From: a virus
Taxonomy: Duplodnaviria; Caudoviricetes
Reading direction: 5' to 3' (one strand)
IMG/VR virus record: IMGVR_UViG_3300048599_000905
Span: 1-41,222 of that record
Length of the DNA stretch: 41,222 bases
Shown in pieces: positions 8,702 through 16,104 of the stretch. The position numbers and the translations under genes were made by a program. The notes beneath the pieces are model-generated. The model was given only the letters and a program-made list of their open reading frames with translations. It was not told where the DNA came from and did no database searches. Position 1 is the first letter of the stretch, and each line of letters begins with the position of its first letter.

Positions 8702-9463
8702 TCAATAGTGCGCGTGATTCCCGTAGTACAGGTCGCAGTCTTCCGGATCGCAGTCGACGATCAGCAGCGTGTTCGCGGCCCGCATTTGGAACACGCTCCG
8801 CTCGAAACCCCGGCAGCGATCTACGAACAGCTGGTTCTCGATGCTGCCGTCAGCGAACGACAGGCTGTACATTTCCGCTATCTTCTTGTCGTCGAATTTG
8901 AAGTAGAGCCCGAGGTCGATCTGTCCATCGCGTTTGGCATACGCGCGGTCGGACTTCTTTCGCTCCTTGGCAAAAGTGAGCGTGGCGAAGCCGTTGTCCC
9001 TCATAGAGACTTCCGCGAAGGCCACCTCGTCGCCACTGCACGTGCAGCCGCCTCGCGACTCTTCGCGGAGATGCGCGACATACTGTTCGACGAGTTCGGA
9101 GAGCTTGATCGTCTCCGGGGCCGGCGTGAGCAAATGTTTCACCCGTTCGGCCACCTGGCGTTCGATGGCGGCGGTTGTTCCCTTCGCCACCTGGCGTTCG
9201 ATGATCTTGAGAATGGTGTCGTTGTATGCCGGCAAATCGAGTTCACCATGCAAGGCCAGGGCTTTGCCGATGGCCTTATCGACTTGCTTGCCGAAGTCGC
9301 TGTACTCGCGCAGCGCTCCTTTGATCTGTTCGGTGACCGTTTTGGTAACGGCCTCCTCGATCGCTTTTTCGATGAGACCAGAGCCGATGAGTCGCTGCAC
9401 GGCCGCGACGGCTGCGCCTTCGAGGTTAATGAGTCCGGTCAATTGGCTGGGGGCGTCTGACAT
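8702..9463 (-). CDS. hypothetical phage protein
   Basis: Long ORF with good codon bias; GGAG SD 7 nt before ATG 9463. Confidence 0.75.
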   Translation of the reverse strand: MSDAPSQLTGLINLEGAAVAAVQRLIGSGLIEKAIEEAVTKTVTEQIKGALREYSDFGKQVDKAIGKALALHGELDLPAYNDTILKIIERQVAKGTTAAIERQVAERVKHLLTPAPETIKLSELVEQYVAHLREESRGGCTCSGDEVAFAEVSMRDNGFATLTFAKERKKSDRAYAKRDGQIDLGLYFKFDDKKIAEMYSLSFADGSIENQLFVDRCRGFERSVFQMRAANTLLIVDCDPEDCDLYYGNHAHY

Positions 9464-9739
9464 GGTCATTCTCCGGCAGGTGGAAGGAAATAAAAGGTTG
9501 CTGCCCCGGCCGTGATCGTGGCAGCGGACTGTGACGATCCGCGTTCCAGTTGTCGCGCGTATGGCATTCGGACTCACGACTCGCAATTGCGAACTTGCTC
9601 ATGCGCCACGCGATCAACGCATGAACTCCAAACCAGCCTGCACTCGCGGACCTTGCCGGCCTCGGCGCGGGTGCTGCGGCCCCATTGGCCATCACCCAGC
9701 AAACGCCTCATCGACCGACTTCTCGGGGTTGGTATTTCG

Positions 9740-10021
9740 TTAGGCGACTTCGAGCGGCGGATGAGTCAGCTTGTCGCCGTCCCAGACTTCGTTCACGGCG
9801 ATCGCCGCGTTGGCGAACATCACCGCCTGCTGCAGGTTGGTGAGCGCCAGCGACTGCTCCCGGCTCGGGGGCGTCGTGTGGATGATCTTCACGGCGAGGG
9901 CATGGGCCTCGGCTCGCAGGCATTCGTATCGCGGAGCCTGGTCACCCTTCGGCGCGTGATACGTGAAGGTTTGATCGACCTGGTCGCGGACCTTGGTCGA
10001 GGGTTTATAAACGGTCGGCAT
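9740..10021 (-). CDS. Acb2/Tad1 hairpin-domain-like protein (putative signalling-nucleotide sponge)
   Basis: FTYHAPKGDQ..YE.LR......PPSREQSLALTNLQQAVMFANAAIA; AGGAAAGGA SD. Confidence 0.7.
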   Translation of the reverse strand: MPTVYKPSTKVRDQVDQTFTYHAPKGDQAPRYECLRAEAHALAVKIIHTTPPSREQSLALTNLQQAVMFANAAIAVNEVWDGDKLTHPPLEVA

Positions 10022-10085
10022 GGCAATCCTTTCCTGGGGCGTGAGTGGTCAAAACGAGGTGAACGGGGCAATGGGCCGAGAGGAC

Positions 10086-10367
10086 CTAGCGGGGGTCGCT
10101 CGCTCGCACCGGCGCGATGCTGGGGCCACCTTTGGCAACGGGCTCCGGTTCGGCAGGCATGGCATGCGAGACGATCGCGACTTGCTCCGCGTCGAACGTA
10201 CAGCTCTCGATCGGCCGGCCATCTTTGAGCTCTTCGGGCTGGATGGTGATCCGCTGGCAGCCGTTGAGCCAGTACGTGATGGCCACGACCACGCCAGCAA
10301 ATCCGCTGATCTTGTCCTTGGCCCGATCACCCAGCTTGAGGCCGTCCGGCCGTTTTACTTCGATCAT
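10086..10367 (-). CDS. hypothetical phage protein (SH3-like)
   Basis: LGDRAKDKISGFAGVVVAITYWLNGC...FD motif recalled from phage proteins. Confidence 0.75.
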   Translation of the reverse strand: MIEVKRPDGLKLGDRAKDKISGFAGVVVAITYWLNGCQRITIQPEELKDGRPIESCTFDAEQVAIVSHAMPAEPEPVAKGGPSIAPVRASDPR

Positions 10368-10408
10368 GCTGCTTTCCTTTCCCGGGAAATGATGTGTTAA
10401 AACTGCAA

Positions 10409-10482
10409 TTGGGGCGGCCGGATTTGAACCGGCGACCTCAGGGTTATGAGCCCCGCGAGCTGCCTGACTGCTCCACGCCCCG
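10409..10482 (-). tRNA. tRNA-Met(CAT), initiator (fMet) type
   Basis: CGGGGCG-TGGAGCAGTCAGGCAGCTC-GCGGGG-CTCATAA-CCCTG-AGGTC-GCCGG-TTCAAAT-CCGGC-CGCCCCA-A; C1:A72 mismatch and 3 G:C anticodon-stem pairs; no encoded CCA. Confidence 0.92.
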
Positions 10483-10833
10483 AGCGAAGGTGAGGACCGC
10501 CTCTTGTTCACTGTCCGGCGGTCCAGTCTCCGGTGTTGATCGTTTGGTTGTTCGTGCCTTGGCCACTCGGTCGATCGCATCGATCCGCCGCTGACATTCC
10601 GTCAAGAAAACTTCGGTGGCGGTCGAGAGTTGCCGCGGTGAGATCATGCCGGCCCGCGCATAGAGTCCGAGCCAACGCATGGCCATGATGTGCATGCCGG
10701 CGACGTAGCACATCTGATGAGCCCCAGTCCACTTCGCTGGCTCGTCCATCTCGGCCGCGAACTGGTCGAAGATGATGCGCGTGAGCGTGTCGAGTGACTC
10801 GGGCCCAGGGGGCAGGCGGTTAGTTTTGGCCAT
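10444..10833 (-). CDS. hypothetical protein (3' end runs into tRNA)
   Basis: AGGAG SD, overlaps upstream gene end; stop TAA lies in tRNA anticodon loop. Confidence 0.6.
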   Translation of the reverse strand: MAKTNRLPPGPESLDTLTRIIFDQFAAEMDEPAKWTGAHQMCYVAGMHIMAMRWLGLYARAGMISPRQLSTATEVFLTECQRRIDAIDRVAKARTTKRSTPETGPPDSEQEAVLTFARGVEQSGSSRGS

Positions 10834-11287
10834 TGGCGACCTTCTCCTGTTGGGCGGCGATCTTCTGCCGCAATCGCTTCGCAGCGGCGTAGGCGGCTTC
10901 GCCGATCTGGTTCATGGACGAGCGATGGCGATCCTGGCGTTTGGCTCGCCAGGCGTCGCGCTTCTCCGGGGGCAGCTCGTCGAGCATCGACTCGACGTCG
11001 GCTCGGTGGGCAGCATTGCCGATCAGGAAGGAATCCAAGGCATCGGCGATTTCGCTCAAGTGCGCTATGCACCAGGCGTTGTCGATTCCCTTCTCTTCCA
11101 GCCATTCCTTCCAGCCAAAAAGCACGGGGGTGCTTTCCCCTTCGCCCCTGGCCGGCGTAGCCCCGAAGCCGGACGAAAGCATCACAACAGCGACACCAGC
11201 GATCTCGATTGACGGCGCGTAGAAGGTGTACGGATCGCTGGGATTGATCAGCTCGTACAGCGTCAGCGGGGGGCTAGTTGTCGTCAT
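10820..11287 (-). CDS. hypothetical phage protein
   Basis: LYELINPSDPYTF...RSSMNQIG; GGAGG SD before ATG 11287. Confidence 0.75.
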   Translation of the reverse strand: MTTTSPPLTLYELINPSDPYTFYAPSIEIAGVAVVMLSSGFGATPARGEGESTPVLFGWKEWLEEKGIDNAWCIAHLSEIADALDSFLIGNAAHRADVESMLDELPPEKRDAWRAKRQDRHRSSMNQIGEAAYAAAKRLRQKIAAQQEKVANGQN

Positions 11288-11762
11288 CGGCATCCTCCCG
11301 CGGCTGAAGGCAGGCCGAACAAATCGTGTGATCGCCGGCGTCGACCCAGCTGCAGCCATCGGGCTGGCAAGCGCGATCGTCGACGCAGCCGCAGTAGCAG
11401 CACACGCCAATGCCGTGCATGGGTTCGGGGGTCGCGTTGAGAAACTCCAACAGCGCCGCTTGTTGAGCAGGAGGCAGCCGTTCAGCGAACTCAGCCACAT
11501 GCTTTCTCGCTGCCTCGCCAGCGGGCGACGGTTCTCCAGTCGCCAACCAACGCACGTCGACTTCGCAGAACCGCGCGATACGGAACATGCGCGGGGGCGA
11601 TGGTTCCGTAGTTCCGTTGATCCATTTGGCAACCATGTTTGCGGAGCAGTCGATCGCGTGCGCCAGGGCAGCCGTGCCGACTTTTTTGTAGGCCAGAGCC
11701 TGATTGATGCGCGTGCCCCGTGCCTTCGCCCGGGCAAACGGCGTGAGTGTTTTAGCAGCCAT
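11274..11762 (-). CDS. XRE HTH regulator with C-terminal Cys-rich zinc finger
   Basis: HTH ending RIARFCEVDVRWLATG; CCYCGC..D.AC...CSWV.....CSAC. Confidence 0.8.
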   Translation of the reverse strand: MAAKTLTPFARAKARGTRINQALAYKKVGTAALAHAIDCSANMVAKWINGTTEPSPPRMFRIARFCEVDVRWLATGEPSPAGEAARKHVAEFAERLPPAQQAALLEFLNATPEPMHGIGVCCYCGCVDDRACQPDGCSWVDAGDHTICSACLQPREDADDDN

Positions 11763-12033
11763 CGCCGCGGCCCTCCGCCTGGTCCGCGATCTGCTTGGCC
11801 TGGCAGGCTTCGCACTGGCTGATCACGATCTCGGTGATCGAGCCGGCGTGCCGCGCCAGGAAGTCCTTTGCCCAGCGATCGACGCTCGGCAGATTCGGCC
11901 GCATGTCGACCGTGAATCCCCGGTGCCGCAGGCCGCGAGCCAGTTGGCTCGACGTCACAAAATCCGCCGGCGTGGTGACTCCTGCAATACAGGTCGCTCC
12001 GGGCGCGTGTACGATGACTCGGAACAGGCTCAT
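11752..12033 (-). CDS. hypothetical protein
   Basis: AGGAG SD before ATG 12033; overlaps next gene. Confidence 0.6.
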   Translation of the reverse strand: MSLFRVIVHAPGATCIAGVTTPADFVTSSQLARGLRHRGFTVDMRPNLPSVDRWAKDFLARHAGSITEIVISQCEACQAKQIADQAEGRGDGC

Positions 12034-12046
12034 AGGGTGGCTCCTG

Positions 12047-12433
12047 CCGGGGCGCGGCGACTTGCTGACGTTAAACACGCCGCCGCGTCCCCGGTGCAAC
12101 GATGCGGGCAACGATGCGAAAAGATGGTGGCACTGGCCCCTTTGCGAGCACAACTCGCAAACGACGAAACCGATCCCTGCTTGGGCCAGTGCCACCCGCG
12201 TACGAAAAAAGGCGAGGCTCCAGCTTGCCGCCTCAGCGCTGGAACAGAGCGCTTGGCAGCCTCAGCCGGAACCTCGCCGGGGGCAGTCAGAAAACGCCCC
12301 TGGTCAGCCCTGTCCGCGTCCACCTGCCATGGCGCGGCCCTGTCTGACTCAGGGGCGAGTACAAAAACGACGCGGCCCTTGTGCAGCAACGTGCTGCAAC
12401 CGATTCGCCAGTCTACCGAGGCGGGCCGCGTCG
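12047..12433 (-). ncRNA. array of five long stem-loops, four followed by U-tracts
   Basis: Inverted repeats at 12047-12094, 12126-12196, 12211-12278, 12295-12357 and 12368-12433; G.U pairs and T-tracts favour the minus strand. Confidence 0.7.
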
Positions 12434-12451
12434 CGAGGACCGAACGCGTTG

Positions 12452-13537
12452 TTAGTCGAAGAGTTTCAGTTGACGATCGTTCTCGTCCGGAGGCAGCTCG
12501 GGAATGATCGGCTGCGGCAACTTGTCGACGTAGGGAATCACGATCGAGCGGTGAGCATAGTACTCGTTCGTGACCAGCTTGGGTTCGTGCCCCAGATGCT
12601 TGGCCGCGATCTCCATCCCGTTCTTCTGGCTGCCGGCAGCGATTTTCACGAGCTCCGTAGCACACGACTTCCGCAGGCCGTGCCATCCGACTCCCAGGCC
12701 AAGCAGCCGCGTCAGGCCCGCCCGCTCGAAGATTTCTCGGCGGCAGCGATCGAGGAACGAATGCGAATAGTCCCAGGCCATAATCTTGGGATGATCGCAA
12801 CTGCAGAGTCTCGCGACGGCTGCAGCAGCATGGTCGTTCAGATAGACCATTCGTTCCTTGCCCGTCTTGCTCACTTCCTTGCGGACTCGGAGCCAGCGAC
12901 CGTACTTGTCCTCGAACAGGTCGGCTTGCAATACCTCGATCGCTTCGTCGATCCGCAGGGCCGAGTTGTAAACGAAGATCCACGCCGAATGCCACCAGTG
13001 CGGCGCGGCAATCTTCGGGGCGCGTCGTTTTCCGCGGTTCACTGAAAGAGCCTTTCCGGTTACGGGGTTGAGCCACTTGGCCAGCTTGGCAGCAGCCAGG
13101 AATGCTCCGCTCTCCTCGATCTCGACCCAGCCGTCGACCTCGCGCCGCTGCTTGGGTGGCGCCTTCAATCGGAGCGGGGCCGGAAGGATGCCCAGCGGGC
13201 ACAAATCGGTAGGGTCTTCGGGGTCGAACGAGCCATCGTTGGGCCCGAGGAGCTTCAGAAAGCGATTCGCGTGGCGGGCCAGCTTGTTCGCTTGGTTCTG
13301 CGACATGCGACCCGACTTCACCGCGTCGTCGAGCTCGCGGCGGAACTTGCGCGTGTGCTCCCAGGTCAGCGACTCGGCTGGTACGTAGGGGTTGACCCGA
13401 TCGAACAGCCGCAAGGCTTCCAGGTCGCAGTTCCGCGTTCCCGGCTGCCGCAGGTGCATCCAGTGGTGCTGGTACGTCTCCAAAAAGGTGGGCTTGTCGG
13501 GCGGGTTGAACAGGGCGAGCGAAGGTGCAGGACTCAT
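12452..13537 (-). CDS. tyrosine recombinase (Xer/Cre-like, no obvious arm-binding domain)
   Basis: Catalytic set: LRIDE (R), SKTGK (K), HGLR, LGH, YY. Confidence 0.92.
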   Translation of the reverse strand: MSPAPSLALFNPPDKPTFLETYQHHWMHLRQPGTRNCDLEALRLFDRVNPYVPAESLTWEHTRKFRRELDDAVKSGRMSQNQANKLARHANRFLKLLGPNDGSFDPEDPTDLCPLGILPAPLRLKAPPKQRREVDGWVEIEESGAFLAAAKLAKWLNPVTGKALSVNRGKRRAPKIAAPHWWHSAWIFVYNSALRIDEAIEVLQADLFEDKYGRWLRVRKEVSKTGKERMVYLNDHAAAAVARLCSCDHPKIMAWDYSHSFLDRCRREIFERAGLTRLLGLGVGWHGLRKSCATELVKIAAGSQKNGMEIAAKHLGHEPKLVTNEYYAHRSIVIPYVDKLPQPIIPELPPDENDRQLKLFD

Positions 13538-13915
13538 GGTGGGTTCGACTCCAGGGGGTCGCCCCCGTCAGCAGAATCCCTACCACGCCGAGGACGACAA
13601 AATGCCATCCCGGCGAAGTGGGCTTCTTACCCGTGCTCCTCATCTGGTTCCCTAGCGGGGCGAGAGACGCCCCCAGTTCGCATATAGCTTGCGGTGCGGG
13701 GGACCGCTGCCACGGCCTTTGAGCCGACGTAGGCATACGGCTCACGGAGCCGTGTGCCCAGAAATCGCTCTTGATAGGCAGCCGCGTCATGCCAACCCTC
13801 GCCCGAGGCCGGCATCAACGCTGAGAGCGTCAGAACCGGCACAATCCGTTCAGCAAGGCGACATGCCTTGCCGGCTGGCCGGGCGAATAGAAGAAAGGCT
13901 CCGCGCGGTCAGCGG
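13538..13915 (-). ncRNA. long structured 5' leader of recombinase operon
   Basis: About 8 hairpins, e.g. CACGGC..GAGCCG/CGGCTC..GCCGTG, GCAAGGC/GCCTTGC, GGGGCG/CGCCCC; no convincing ORF. Confidence 0.55.
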
Positions 13916-13918
13916 AGC
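13887..13918 (-). terminator. intrinsic terminator of repressor transcript
   Basis: GCTCCGC-TGACCGC-GCGGAGC followed by CTTTCTTCTATT. Confidence 0.55.
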
Positions 13919-13921
13919 GAG

Positions 13922-13951
13922 AATGTAGCTTATTACTTACCTTGCCGTCAA
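13922..13951 (-). promoter_or_regulatory. sigma70-type early promoter with overlapping operator
   Basis: TTGACG-18-TACATT; GTAAG-N6-GCTAC at 13925-13940. Confidence 0.65.
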
Positions 13952-13965
13952 CACTGGACGTTAGA

Positions 13966-14205
13966 TCACTGTGCGGCTACAGCGTCTTCGATAACTAACA
14001 GGGTCACCGGCGGGCAGTCCAGGGCCTTGGCAAATCGCTCGACGGTTTCGAGCGACGGAATCGATTTTCCGGCCTCAACTTCAGCAATATACGGCCGCGA
14101 GACGCCTAGCTTTTCGGCCAGTTCCAACTGCGTCAAATGCAGCTCACGACGCCGCTTGCGGAGGTTCTGGCAAAAGTTTTCGTGCAGTGCCATCGGATTG
14201 GTCAT
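13966..14205 (-). CDS. XRE-family HTH repressor
   Basis: NLRKRRRELHLTQLELAEKLGVSRPYIAEVEAGKSIPSLETVERFAKAL. Confidence 0.93.
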   Translation of the reverse strand: MTNPMALHENFCQNLRKRRRELHLTQLELAEKLGVSRPYIAEVEAGKSIPSLETVERFAKALDCPPVTLLVIEDAVAAQ

Positions 14206-14212
14206 GCCCTAG

Positions 14213-14241
14213 AAGGTAGCATTCGGCTTACAAAAATCAAA
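14213..14241 (-). promoter_or_regulatory. repressor promoter (leaderless) with operator copy
   Basis: TTTGAT-17-TACCTT, ATG 7 nt later; GTAAG-N6-GCTAC at 14216-14231. Confidence 0.5.
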
Positions 14242-14253
14242 GGATCGATGGAC

Positions 14254-14478
14254 CTACTCGGCCTTTGGCTTTGGCTTGGGCAAGCTGGCACGGTCAACTA
14301 AGATCTCGACCATTTCGAGCTTCGGATCATTGGGATCGACTTGCAAAGCGACTTTTCGCTTAACAAACTTTGCGTTGAAGGCGGCCATCACCTTCTCGCG
14401 CTGCTCAGGAGTTAGATTCTCGGTGCCGGGAATCACTGACCATTCCCCTTCCGAGCTCGGTTTCGATTCGTCTGACAT
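14254..14478 (-). CDS. hypothetical protein
   Basis: GAGGTG SD before ATG 14478. Confidence 0.6.
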   Translation of the reverse strand: MSDESKPSSEGEWSVIPGTENLTPEQREKVMAAFNAKFVKRKVALQVDPNDPKLEMVEILVDRASLPKPKPKAE

Positions 14479-14536
14479 CGCAGCACCTCTCGATTCGTTA
14501 GCGATACTCGAACAGGGCACACGGATCTTCAAACAG

Positions 14537-14610
14537 TAGCGGGGAGCGGACTTGAACCGCCGACACACGGCTTATGAAGCCGTTGCTCTAACCAACTGAG
14601 CTACCCCGCC
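14537..14610 (-). tRNA. tRNA with CAT anticodon, elongator Met-like; probable attachment site
   Basis: GGCGGGG-TAGCTCAGTTGGTTAGAGC-AACGGC-TTCATAA-GCCGT-GTGTC-GGCGG-TTCAAGT-CCGCT-CCCCGCT-A; no CCA. Confidence 0.92.
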
Positions 14611-14676
14611 AAGTTGCGTTTTCAGGCTGTTTTTCGCGTTTTCTGCGACCGTCAGCCGTCCGACGCTGGATGCTTT

Positions 14677-14695
14677 ACAACCGTTTCTACAACCG
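14677..14695 (+). repeat. putative integrase arm-type sites
   Basis: TACAACCG x2 (11-bp period) between tRNA and integrase, third copy near 14859; phased T-tracts at 14619-14642. Confidence 0.55.
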
Positions 14696-14781
14696 CTAGG
14701 CTGATTCCCGGTCAAAAGCGGTGTCCGCCGACTGCAATCAGCGGGCACCCAGCCACCTCTACCGCAAAGCATAGGTGACAG

Positions 14782-16047
14782 ATGGGTAAGTCTAGCAATC
14801 CGCCCGAATCTGGGCAACTGCCCGCGCCCGCCGCGCCGGTTGTAAAAAAGCGGAAGTCTACAACCGAGAAGCCTCCCAAGCCCTACGACGAATACCCTCT
14901 GACCGCCCACGCCGTCGGGCAGTGGTGCCGGAAGATTCGGGGGAAGGTGGAATACTTCGGCCCCTGGGGCAAGCGAATACACGGGAAGCTGGTCCGGATC
15001 GAGGGGGACGGCTGGAAGGAAGCGCTGGACCGCTACAAAGAGCAGGCCGACGACCTCTACGCCGGCCGGAAGCCCCGGGAGAAGTCTGAGGGGCTGACCG
15101 TGGCCGACGCCTGCAACGCCTTCCTGATCGCCAAAGACATCCTGAGGGCCAAGGGGGCGATCACGCAGCGGACGCGCGACGAGTACAAGGAAACGACTGA
15201 CCGCATCATCGCGACCTTTGGGAAGAATCGCCGCGTCGACGACCTGGCGGCTGACGATTTCAACCAGCTGCTGATGGCCATTCCCAAGACCTGGGGGCCG
15301 TGGCGCCAGACCGGCGAGATTCAGCGCGTGCGGACCGTGTTCAAGCATTGCTATGACTCCCACCTCCTGGAACAGCCGGTCCGGTTTGGGCCTCTGTTCA
15401 AAAAGCCGAGCAAGAAGACGATGCGCGTTCACCGCGCCGGCCGCGGCTCGCGCATGATCGATGCCGCCACGTTGCGGCTGCTGGTCGAGAAAGCCAAGCC
15501 GCAGTTGAAGGCCATGATCCTGCTGGCGCTGAATTGCGGATTTGGCAACGATGACTGCGCGAGCCTACCGCTTTCGATCGTCCATGGTGACTGGCTCGAG
15601 TTCCCGCGGCCGAAAACCGGGATCGCGCGCAAGTGCCCACTCTGGCCGGAAACGATGGCCGCCCTCAAAGCTGTGATTGCCGAGAGGAAACCGCCCAAGG
15701 ATCCGGCACACGCCGACCTCGTCTTCATCACGAAGTACGGCGGGGCCTGGGCGGGCAAGTCGAGTGGCAACCCAATCACTGCCGAGTTTCGCAAACTGGC
15801 CAACGAGCTGGAGGTGTACCGCCAAGGGGTGAGCTTCTACTCGCTCCGTCATGTGTTCCGCACCGTGGCCGATAGCACGCTCGATATTCCAGCAACCAGG
15901 CTCATCATGGGCCACGTCGATGGCTCAATCGACGACACCTACCGCGAACACGTTGACGACGCGCGGCTGCGGGCGGTTGCCGAGCACGTGCGCAAGTGGC
16001 TGTTTCCGCCGACCAGGAAAACAGTAAAGTCATCAGTGAAATCGTAG
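14782..16047 (+). CDS. tyrosine integrase with N-terminal arm-binding domain
   Basis: W..KIRGKVEYFG N-domain; LNCGFGNDD, RPKTG, YSLRH, MGH, TY; next to tRNA. Confidence 0.92.
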   Translation: MGKSSNPPESGQLPAPAAPVVKKRKSTTEKPPKPYDEYPLTAHAVGQWCRKIRGKVEYFGPWGKRIHGKLVRIEGDGWKEALDRYKEQADDLYAGRKPREKSEGLTVADACNAFLIAKDILRAKGAITQRTRDEYKETTDRIIATFGKNRRVDDLAADDFNQLLMAIPKTWGPWRQTGEIQRVRTVFKHCYDSHLLEQPVRFGPLFKKPSKKTMRVHRAGRGSRMIDAATLRLLVEKAKPQLKAMILLALNCGFGNDDCASLPLSIVHGDWLEFPRPKTGIARKCPLWPETMAALKAVIAERKPPKDPAHADLVFITKYGGAWAGKSSGNPITAEFRKLANELEVYRQGVSFYSLRHVFRTVADSTLDIPATRLIMGHVDGSIDDTYREHVDDARLRAVAEHVRKWLFPPTRKTVKSSVKS

Positions 16048-16104
16048 CTAAACACTCTCTATTACTTAGTTGCGTTTCGTCGGTTTGTTGCGGAGCACTT
16101 TACG

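Larger units (their letters stand above)
1..14536 (-). mobile_element. Prophage / phage-plasmid-like element, early region (continues beyond left edge)
   Basis: Co-oriented, tightly coupled small ORFs with repressor, tyrosine recombinase, replication initiator, ParB, ASCH, CsrA and a tRNA; no housekeeping genes. Confidence 0.8.

Noticed and set aside
12047-12433. CRISPR array or integron attC array
   Set aside because: Stems share no common repeat sequence, no cas genes are present, and RYYYAAC/GTTRRRY boxes are not evident
13541-13552. GGGTTCGACTCC T-loop-like motif suggesting a tRNA or att remnant
   Set aside because: No acceptor or anticodon arms around it; it overlaps the recombinase SD region on the other strand
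12030-13790. 586-aa minus-strand ORF spanning recombinase and flanks
   Set aside because: Alternative-frame shadow of the recombinase in GC-rich DNA; Arg/Pro/Ala-rich with no motifs
10409-14610. The two CAT tRNAs as attL/attR duplicates
   Set aside because: Sequences differ throughout (initiator versus elongator type); no long identical segment
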